From contig WELB01000016.1 of assembly GCA_009602725.1 (NCBI GenBank), positions 869,790 to 933,789 of the forward strand: a stretch of DNA of 64,000 nucleotides. The letters are read 5' to 3'. This DNA is from Spirogloea muscicola. Lineage: Eukaryota. Below are positions 48,401 through 58,300 of the stretch, piece after piece. The first letter of the stretch is position 1, and each line of letters opens with the position of its first letter. The notes beneath the pieces were generated by a model. The model was not told where the DNA came from. It saw only the letters and a program-made list of their open reading frames with translations, and did not search any database. The position numbers and the translations under genes were made by a program.

Positions 48401-48665
48401 GCAAATTTCCGTCCGACCCGCCGCGACCCGCAAGCGACGGCGGGCCCAATAGGCCGAAAGCGAGCCCGCAGCCAGGGGACCCGCTTCCAGGAACCCAGTC
48501 TCTCTGACCTGAGGCTGCTTAGCAGGGGTTACTGAGTGCTTCTTAGCTGCTTCGCTTCTTTCCTGTGCTTGTTGTTCTTCGTACTTCCCCTGGCCCCTTC
48601 TCGTCCTTTGTACATTCTTTTCTGGGCTGGCTTTTTCCAGCCCCTATCCTCAATGGGCGAGCCAT
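45500..48665 (+). mobile_element. Dense stack of CRE-clade elements including the longest body (family D, ~47090-48306)
   Basis: TLPIGKGGLGCRSL, ASEWLNALP, CECGH...HMLQC zinc motif, RLDVVA...LLLDV and RMRLSSSLQRS. Family C RLE at 46040-46463. Eight or more terminal motifs. Confidence 0.88.
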
Positions 48666-48731
48666 TTGGCCGCAGCGCCGGCCAGCCGGCCCCCGGCTGC
48701 AGCCGCGCGCCGCACGCCACGCCCGGCGCCC

Positions 48732-48856
48732 NNNNNNNNNNNNNNNNNNNNNNNNNNNNNNNNNNNNNNNNNNNNNNNNNNNNNNNNNNNNNNNNNNNNN
48801 NNNNNNNNNNNNNNNNNNNNNNNNNNNNNNNNNNNNNNNNNNNNNNNNNNNNNNNN
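48732..48856. other. Assembly gap (125 N)
   Basis: Run of N; a further single N at 34845. Confidence 1.
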
Positions 48857-51800
48857 GTCCGCCGCGCCGGCCCGCTCGGCGCGCCGGTACGCCCGCCAAG
48901 CCACTCCACCTCCTCGGCCCCCCCGCCCTGCGCGCCCGGGAGGCAAGCAGCGGGCGCGGCGCCGGTGCTCTCGATCGCCTCGTCGCCGCGAGCCTGCACC
49001 GTGCCCTCGTCTCCGGCGCGCTGCCGCGGGCGATCAGACGTCGGCACTGGCGACCGGACCCCCCCCAGCACCTCGCCCAGTTGAGGGCGGGCCCGTCGTG
49101 GACGCCTGCGCCCGCCTCCCTAACCCGTGTGCTGAAGCAGCAGCTGCCCTGCCGCAACCACCCGCCGGCGCCCCGCAGAGCACAGACTCCGCCGCAGACT
49201 GCGGCCGAGGAGGCGGAGAATGGGAGACCGCCGGCGCCGGCGGCGGCGATGCTGTTGGCGGGGAGCTCGGTCAGGGTGATGAGGAGGGGCTGCACAGCAG
49301 GCACGCCTTGGCTGGCGTCCAGCGCGTTCCCTTCAGCACGCGCAAGCGCAGCGGAGGCGCCCTGCAAGTATATGTGCACGTCGGCGCGTACAGGACAGGC
49401 CCAGACGAGTTCAATGTCACTGGGAGTCACGCGCCCAGCCTCACAGTGAGTGGACTGGACCAACTTCCTGGGTTCCAATATGATGTCATGGTCCTGTGGA
49501 CAGGCAGCCCTGGACCGAAAGCAGATGATGAGCATGCCGTCGGAGGCTAAGAGTCCAGCTGCGACCTGGCTGCTGCTCGCCGAGCTGGCCGCCGGGGCAC
49601 CCCCTCTCGCCAGCTCACAGACCTCGGCTCCTGCTTGAGTGACCTCTGCTGGCTTGGCGGACGCAAGCAGGACGCGTTTGGGGATCCAGCCCACTTCTGC
49701 ATCTGGGCGCCGTACTTCAGGGAGCCGGTTTGTGTCTAGCGATCCACGTTGCCTCAGCAAGATGCAGCAAGCAGCGTGTTGCATGTTAGGCAGATACGTA
49801 GGCAGCGTGGCTGAGCACACGCCTCATCTCCGACTGAAAGAACTGGCCGATGCCCGAGAGCGGATGGCTCCTACTTTACTTTCTCATTGAGCCGCGCCAG
49901 GCATCTCATCAAGCAGGACCAGCAGGGCATTCATCTTTGTGAATCATCCAACGTGCCTCTGCAGGCAGCTCTTGCCATGAAGTGCTACTTGAGCGAGCGC
50001 GCTGATGTATTCAGTAACTTCTGCAGGTAGACAAAGTGTACCTGCGCAAGCTTGGCGTCAGGGGAACTCCGGTCCGTTTGCTGCCAGGCAAGTGGCCAGC
50101 TCCTCTCACCGATTGCTGGGTTGCTGAGTGTCATCCAGGCTTGATCCGCTCAGGCTCAATCTGGCCAAGCGAATGGCAGTGTGCAAGTCAATTCCCGAGG
50201 GAACATGCCGTGCCAGCCAATTGCCACCTACTGCAGCCTCTTTGTCGTCCATGTTGTACCCTTTCTGTCATTTATTGCATGACACACCTCCAGTGCACAG
50301 GCTCGCAGCCGCCCCTCTCACTGTCTTGATGTGGCGCACTCAGCAGGCGATGGTATGCAAATGCCATATGAGGCGCTGATTATAGGATGCAAGTTCTCAG
50401 CGAATAACACTGACGACTCGCAAGGAGGGCAGCTGTACCTCGCACTTCATGACCTTAATGTGACCTCCCTGCTCTAGCCCTCGCGGTCGCTGAGGCATGG
50501 ACATGTGAGCCGGCTTGTGAGCTGACATTACTGCCCAGCAGGTTAAGCAGAGGCAATTTGCTTGCTCGTACTTCTCATGATGCATCGAAGCTTTTGAGCC
50601 CAGTTGACTTTTGCGGAGGACTGGCAGCCGCTGCTCATAGTGAGGCCCTGCAGTATGAGGCAAATGCATGCTCTGGAATCTGTGTTCCCTGACGCCTGTG
50701 CTTGCTTTGCTCCACAGCTACGCGTGAAGGAGGAAAATCAAGAAGTGGAGCACATGCTGGTCAAAGCAGAAGAATCTTCTGATGCGTCGCAAACCCCGAC
50801 AACGGCGGGCACCAGCAGGCACGCTCCGGAGCAATTGCGACCGTGCACATTGTGGTGGCAGAGGCGGGCACCTCTTTTGCTGTGGATGAGGCCTGCCTAG
50901 CAAGAGCTGTAGTCTCACCAGGTTGCTGAGCCCGTCTCTCACCTGTCGCTTGTGGTCGCAGGGCTCCTCCAGCCTTCAAATACTCATACTGCGGACCTCC
51001 CATGACAGACGCCATCCATGCCTCAAGGGTGGCGGACTGGCTTCGGTATCACGATCACCTGATGCACAACAGCGTTCACTATATGTTTTACCTGGCAGAG
51101 GGCAGCATGACAACAGACCTCCTGAAGTTGTAACAGGCAAGTACCATGCTCTTGATGATGCCCCACGGAGTAGACACTGGCGTGGATGCAGGAGGCACAC
51201 AGTATCCATGGCCACCAGTAGCGGCATGTGGTTAGCTGCGGCTAGGCTGACTTGGTGGCATTCAAGGGTGCCAACTAGCAAATCTGAGGGCCTGGAAGTG
51301 CCCTGCGCTCGCACAGTCAGGCTTTGCGTGGTCACCATCGCATCGTGCAAACAAGTCAGTTGCCAGCACCGCGGTAAGAGATGGGCTGTGCTGCTCCACA
51401 AGTCCAGAGATATGTTGAGGATGGCCGCATGACATTGTTGGATGTGAGGGAGGAGCGCAAGTATCAGGCATACTATCATGGCCAGCAAGTGTACTTGGAT
51501 GATTGCATACACAGGACCAGGGGATTGTCGGAGTGGACTCTCTTCTGCGACCTCGACGAGTACCTCTACCACAGTGCCCCCCACGACTCTTGGCAAGGGC
51601 CTCGAACCCCTCCAGGCGGCTTGGCGGCTGCAGACACAATCGTGGAGCAATTCAAGGACCACAAGTACTTCAGAATGTACGACTACATGTTCAGCGTGCG
51701 CCGTTGCCTACCTGAGAATGCCACCTCGCACATAGCCAACCCCATCTCGGCACAGCACATACCCTACCGAGCAATCAAGGCGACGGTGGCCGGTGAGAAG

Positions 51801-52061
51801 TGGATGGCCAGGACTGGGGAGGTGGTGCTGGCAGGGATACATATGGCTGTCGAGCTTGCAGGCGGCCTGCGCAAGCGTGCTGTATACATCGATGCCCATG
51901 TCAGCCCCGACGTGCTACACATCAAGCATATGCGCGGCCTCATCTCCAGGAATGGTACCTGTGACACAATTGTGACAGACCTACGGACAACGGCCCGGTC
52001 TGTGCTGGATACTGACATGCTCGTATATACCCAGCTTCCGAGCCCCATTATCAAAGTGTAA
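48857..52061 (+). CDS. Glycosyltransferase family 92 (DUF23), GALS-like galactosyltransferase; multi-exon, start uncertain, possible premature stop
   Basis: Exon peptides VHVGAYRTGPDEFNVTG (~49370-49445), YEALIIGCKF...GGQLYL (~50365-50460), YSYCGPP...RVADWLRYH (~50980-51136) and YYHGQQVYLDDCIHR...WTLFCDLDEYLY (~51407-52061) follow the motif order of plant GALS proteins as recalled. Confidence 0.78.
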
Positions 52062-52349
52062 GGCTAGGAGGGTATCTTTTGCATCTCAAGTCGAGCATGC
52101 CCAGTCCTGAATCTTGTAAGGGCTCAAGAGAGGCGGCAGATTGGTTGATGAGGTCAGCTGGGTGCTTGGTGACCTCTCAGAACGGCATGACGAAGGCCTG
52201 CCTGCCAAACAGAAAGCAGTGCCACAGAGCCTGTCAGGTATTTTGGGCTCTTCAAGATTTTCGAACTCTTCAATGCCAATTAAACATATCTTGTTGTTCT
52301 CATTATATCTTTCTCTACGGAATAGAATAGTAGGAGTTTGTAAGCCCGT

Positions 52350-52690
52350 ATCCACCATTGCCGCCGTGAGCGCTCTGGCCGCGCGCGCCGAGGTGGCGGC
52401 TCTCGTGTGACTCGGCTACAGTCTCCAGGACGTGGGAGCTGCGCACTAGCCGGTCAGCCTGCGCCGTCCGACCTGCCGCAGCGACGAGAAGGTCGATCTC
52501 CGAGGGCAGCCAGGAGCCGCAGCAACCGTCGGATTTGATTTGTGCGATGATGCGTGGACCCCTCGGGGTCAACAAAAAGTCTGGGCCCACCTCGCAGGGC
52601 AGCCCGCCCGCCTTCGCGCCAAGTCGTGCACTGAACGCCGCGTGGAACTCCCCGGGTCAACCGAAAGTCTCGAGGTCTCAAGCCCTGGCC
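52350..52690 (-). pseudogene. Orphan 5' fragment (promoter, 5' UTR, signal-peptide start) of a further paralog
   Basis: Aligns with 8235-8705, 45160-45500 and 62360-62700. The ATG is lost. Confidence 0.75.
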
Positions 52691-52719
52691 TCTGCATAAT
52701 TTTTGAGGGTCCTCAGCGG

Positions 52720-54760
52720 GTGTTACCCGTCCGTTTCGGTCTCGTTCCAGCGCTCCCCGGCTCACGCAGACCACTCGAGAGCTGGCCGCGCTATGGCTGC
52801 TGCATCTGGGTCGAAGGCCGAGTGCCTCTTTCCCAGCTGCAAGTTACTTGGACTTGCTGCTGCTCACTCGTTGGTACTGAGCTTCCGTCTATGTCGTCTT
52901 GTGTCTAGCTGTGTTGTTTTCCTTTTGGGCACCTTTCACTTGGCTCTTTGGATTCTGTTGTATGTTGGGCTGGCATTTGCCAGCCCTCTTCTCTGTGGGC
53001 GAGCACTTCTTTCCTCAGGGCCACCTGCTCCTTGTAAACGCTTGGATTGGCCACCCTATCAGTTCATGCGCACCGCTTGCCATCTCTCTTTGAATAGTGC
53101 ATGGAACTCTCAATTATCACGAGCCGCGTCGCCTGCAGCAGCTGCTGGCTGACGCCGGAACACATGCTCCCTTTGCCAGGAGTGGATAGTCGCTGGTCAA
53201 GATGGGTACAGGTATGCACACTTCTGAAAAGGCCAACGATGGAAGGAGAGGTCCAGCATGGCTGAAAGAGAATAAACGAAAAAGCAGGGGAGGCAAAGCG
53301 TGTACGCAACGATACAGGAGGGCTTAAGTAGCATAGTACACACGCAAGCACCTTCACAGGTGTACATCACCTGCTGCTAAGCCGACCCGCCCAGACAACA
53401 CGTAAACCAGTAAAAGTGGCTGATCAATGCCTGAATAAGGGATGGCTATTTCTAAGTACATCTGCCACCAACCAGAAGCTCGACAAGCTTTCTTGTGCAG
53501 AGTCGGATGCTTTGGTCCTGCAAAGAGGCTCCCGTTCGACGGCGCAGCAACGACAGATATGCCTACACAAAATCGACCAAGGCACATTGTCCTCCGCCAG
53601 CTTTTACATCTACAGCGTCTAGGGAGAAATTTTTGAAGGTGTCTCTGTCTCTCTCTCTCTGGGCGTCCGTGGTGATTGATATGATGTTGTTCACCTCCAA
53701 CGTCGTGCGGTAGAAGGCGTCACGCACCAAGCCCACCAAGCCAACCTGGAGGTCGTTTTGGATGTCGCCCACTTCGTTTTGGTGGGCATTCAAAGGCCAG
53801 TGGGCCATTGCCATGTGCGCGGCGAGGTCTCCACCAGCCGTGTGAGGCGACGAGATTGGCGCGACGCGTGTGAAGACGGCCATTTGCCCCAGGGTTTAGG
53901 GGCATGATGCTGAGGTACCCATGGCCACGGTACCCGCCTCCAGTAAGACGCCATATATGGCGTTCACGGAGGAGGTCGTGCGTGCCGATCGCTCCCCTCC
54001 CCGTGTAGCGACCTCTATGTGCTGACTATTGATTACTGAGCAGGTAAGCTTAGCAGCAGGTGATGTACATCTGTCAATGTGCTTGCCTTTGTATATGGCC
54101 ACTTAGGCCCTCCATCACTCAATACACAGTCCATTTCTTCCGTGTAGGGGAATCCTGGGTTGGAAGGGCGGTGGCGTCTTTCAAGATGGGAAGGGTGGCT
54201 GGCTCCCATTTGCTGGAGTCTCTTGCATAGATGTGTGGTTTCCTCCCCCTCTTTAGCGCCTTTCGCCCCTTTGGACCTTGTCCATGTTTTTGGGGCTGGC
54301 TATTCACAGCCCTCGCCACCTTTGGAACAGCTCACTTTTCACTTGCCCCCAGACATTGCTCTGCAGTAGCGATTGCTATTTTGCTGTTTGCAGCCCCCAA
54401 CTCAATGCCTCTACCTCTTTATTTCCCAGCCGCTCTTTAAACATAAGCAGCCGCATCCTTCTATTTATCTTGCTCCGCTGGCAGGCCTGGCTTCGCAAAC
54501 CGCAGCATTCCTTACACCTTGCATCCGCGTCCTGATTGTGCCTTAGCTACAGACTACAGGCAAGCCGACTAATGTTGGCTTCTTATCCACATGCGGCTGA
54601 CCCTTACTACGGGTTACTGTGCAGCCGTCCTTAGTGGTCTCGTGCTTTCCTGCTTGGCATATTGTTTCCGGCTTCTTGGACGTTGTTCACTCATTTGTGG
54701 GCTGGCCTTTCACAGCCCTCGCTCCCTTTGGAAGGGCCGCTTCCTCAGCCACTTGCAGAG
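52720..54760. mobile_element. Old diverged CRE-clade fragments and tails
   Basis: SVSFQRS...LLLLTRWY* at 52730-52880; MPLNPGANGRLHTRRANLVAS on minus ~53850-53905; terminal motifs at ~52965, 54290 and 54698. Confidence 0.65.
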
Positions 54761-55335
54761 ATGTGTGGTAAAAATCTCTTCGGCCGTTCGGACCTAGTGA
54801 AAACTTTCACAGCCATTTCGCCCTGTTCACAAAGACCTCCTCTCAGTTGGCAGATCTCTGCCATGCCCAAGCGAAAAGTCCCCAGTAGTGCTTCTCGGCA
54901 AAGGGGTAGTGAATGGTCATCTTGAACTGCCGATCGTGCTATGTAATCTGTCCTTTCTTTCTTCATTTTCCAGTGCGGCTTGCCTGCAAACTTTTGAGAT
55001 GGCCCTCTGCAGCTAGTGGACTTGTTGAAGAACTCTTCCTCTCATGACCACATTATGGTGCAAGTGCCTACAGCCTCTTTAATGACTCTGGTACCACAAG
55101 CACTCAGGGTGACCATCCCCCCAAGATGGTTGTATTGGTGGCTTCACATGTGCATTGAGAGGGGGAAGAAGCAGGCAGGCAAAGGGCCAAACTGGTGACA
55201 ACAATAGTACATTCACGCAACAGGCAGAGCTTGTCCCGATGCTAGACCAGCTAGGGATCGTGAGTGGGAGGTCTCTGTTGCAACATTGCATACAGAGCGC
55301 TATGCTTGAGTTGCGCAGGTACTGGTAGATTGCAA

Positions 55336-58300
55336 CTACGCCGGGCCGGGAGGTGGGGTGTTGAAATAACTGAAGCATTCACTGTACGACCTCTGGTCTG
55401 CTGGCATGTTGTCCACCGTCACATTGATGCAGTTGGAATAGATGTAGGCGACGCTCCTCGTTCTGGCTCCGGATGGGAAGCTGGTAAAGTAGTTGTTTTC
55501 CAGGCCAAGGAAAGTCACGTTGGGCAGAGATGCAAAGCCCAGAGGCACATCACCTGTCAGCTCGTTCGCAGCTAGGTCCACAGTCACCAGGCTGATGAGC
55601 TGCCCATACGAGGGGGGAATGACGCCCGTCAGGACGTTGCCATCCACTGAGATATACTGCAGGAGTGGCAGGGTTGCCCAACCGTCGGGCAGTGATCCTG
55701 ACAGTTGGTTGTTGGAGAGGTCCAAGACTGTCAAGAGTGTCATATTAGTGATCGAGGCTGGCATCGCACCCTCAAGCAGATTGTTGCTCAGAGTGAGGGT
55801 GGTGAGGAGAGATAGGCTGCCAATGTCAGCTGGGATGGCCCCGCCAAACTCGTTGAAGTACAGGTTGAGCCCTCCGAGGGAGGTGAGTGATGTCAAGGAC
55901 GATGGGAGGGTAGGGAATACGCCCGTTGGAGGCGATCCTACTGAGATGCTGAGAAACGTGACACGGTCGTGCTTGTCACACAGGACACCAGCCCAACTGC
56001 AGGTGCCAGTGAGACAGCCATCACAAGGTGCGGTGGAATTCCAGCTATCCAGGAGAGTTGGGTTGCCCAGCGTGGCCTTGAGGTCGAGCAGCGGCGTAGC
56101 CGAGCTTGCCGGCAGTGTGGCGCGTGCAAAGAATTGTATGCACTCTGCGTATGACCGCTGGTTAGACCGATCTGCAAATGCAGTCAAATCTCCCAGGCAA
56201 TTGTCGTAGATCAAAGGGTACGTCGTGGATATGAGGAGGGGACCAGTCAAGTAGTTACTGTCGAGATTTATGTAAATGGGGAAGTCCGGGGCTAAGAGGG
56301 CGTCTGGAATTTGGCCCGTGAATTCGTTGTCATTCATATAGACATAGGTGTAATTGCCAAAGGCGGCAACGAATGCGGGCACCGGCCCACTGAGGACGTT
56401 GCTGGCAACACTGAGCGATGACAAGCTGATGCAGCCCGTCAGCGTGGCAGGAAGGGCCCCGGTAAGCAGGTTGTCACTCACGTCCAGGTTGCTGAGCAAG
56501 TCGAGGTTGCCAACGTCTGCCGGGATAGGCCCTGTCAGCTGGTTGCTGTTGAGATAGAGGCTGGTGAGGAGGAGCAGCGTGGATGTGACAAATGCTGGAA
56601 TGGGGCCTTGAAGGCTGCTGTCCTCCAGATAGAGCTGCTGCAGGGTCGTGAAATTCGCCAACGTCATTGGAAATGGGCGACCACCGGCATTGTATAGAGA
56701 GGACAGATCAAGAGTTGTGACGTGCCCAAAGCTGTCACAACCAAGCCCTGTGAGGATGCAGCCATAGGGGCAGCCAGCGCAGGGGTCAACGGCGTTGCTT
56801 GAATACCAATTCAATTGAAATGGATTACCAAGCTCAACCTTGAGTTCGAGGAGGCTGACTGTGGATGTCGGCGGGAGCGCTGCGAGCTCATAGAAGGCAA
56901 AGCAATCTTGCCAATCGCGTTGTCCGGGAATAGACACGCCCTTGCTCACCCCGAAGCAGTTGTATGTGTCAGGGCTGAATTGAGTGGCTGCACCCGTAAA
57001 GTAATTTGAGTAGATATTCAGCTCTCGTAGCCCCGGCTGGAGGACAACAAGGTCGCCAGAGAAAAGGTTCTCGCTGACGTCGAGCTCAATCAGCGATTGG
57101 AGACCGAGGACGACTTGGATGTCGCCAGATAACCAGTTACGGGATAAGTCGAGGTTGCTAAGGAGCGGCAGTGAGCCCAATGTTGTAGGAATGGGCCCCT
57201 GCAGCGGGCCCTCGTATGCCAATGACAGGGTTGTCAGCTCCTTCAAATTCCCCAGAGACGCTGGGATCTCGCCTGTGAAATCGTTCCATCCCAGGTCCCT
57301 AGCCACAGGCAAAGCTTGGCAGGTATCAGCAACTCTGAAGCGGCTTCTAATCACAGACAACTGACTTGACATGGCAACCATTTGCACCAATTAAGTATAT
57401 GCCATGGCCCGTCGACCAATGTCATCCCTTCATGACTCGACTATGGTGAGAGGAAGTACCGGCCCAAGCCATACCTCGTTGGCTTTTGACTGAATGCCTT
57501 AACTGAATCTATGCTGAATCAACATGCAACAATGCTGCCCACAGCCCTAAGCCTGGGACCCTCCTCACGAACCTGAACACTCAATCCTATGATCAAGCCC
57601 TGAGTGCTGAGGTGCGAGGAAGGATCGAAAGATCGGCAATTCCTCAGCCGTATGCCCGCCCGTTGACTAAGGTGAGAGCCTCACAAGATTTGCAGATTGG
57701 TGAGATTGCCGAGCTCCGAAGGGATGGGGCCAAACAAGCCGATGAAGGGCAGCGTTAGCTGCTGAAGGCTGGCGAGGCTGCCAAGGCTGGCCGGCATGTT
57801 CCCAAGGTAACGATAACCAGTATTCTCAAGGTTGATCCTGATCACAGAGCCTTGGTCATCGCAAGTCACTCCAGACCATGCACATGATGCCTCCGTGCCA
57901 GGAATGCAGCCGTCGCAGGGGTTGGACGTATTCCAGGTGGCGACTTGCTCTGACGTACCGATGAGCACCGCCTTGAGCTCCAGAAGGATTGCCAGTTGGT
58001 CGAGCAAAGGGCCGGGTGTACTCGGCGGTGGGGGAGGCGCTGGCGGCGGTAAGACTGGTGGGGATGGCGGCGGCGGTGGTGGTGGTGGCGGGGGCTGTGG
58101 TGGCGGCGGCAGCAGCAACGGAGGGGACGGCGGCGGTGGTGACGTTGGAGGGGGTGGCACCATGAATGGCGGTGGCAATGGTGGCTGCGGAGGAGGCTCT
58201 TGTGGTGGCGGTGATAGGGGGGGAGGCGTTGGAGGAGCAAGCATCGCTGGGGGCGACGGCGGCGGAGGCGACGACTGGGCTAGCGGGGGTGGGAACGGTG

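Noticed and set aside
48543..49820. 425-aa minus-strand ORF spanning the N gap
   Set aside because: Artefact of Ns and high GC; the plus strand carries the GT92 motifs.
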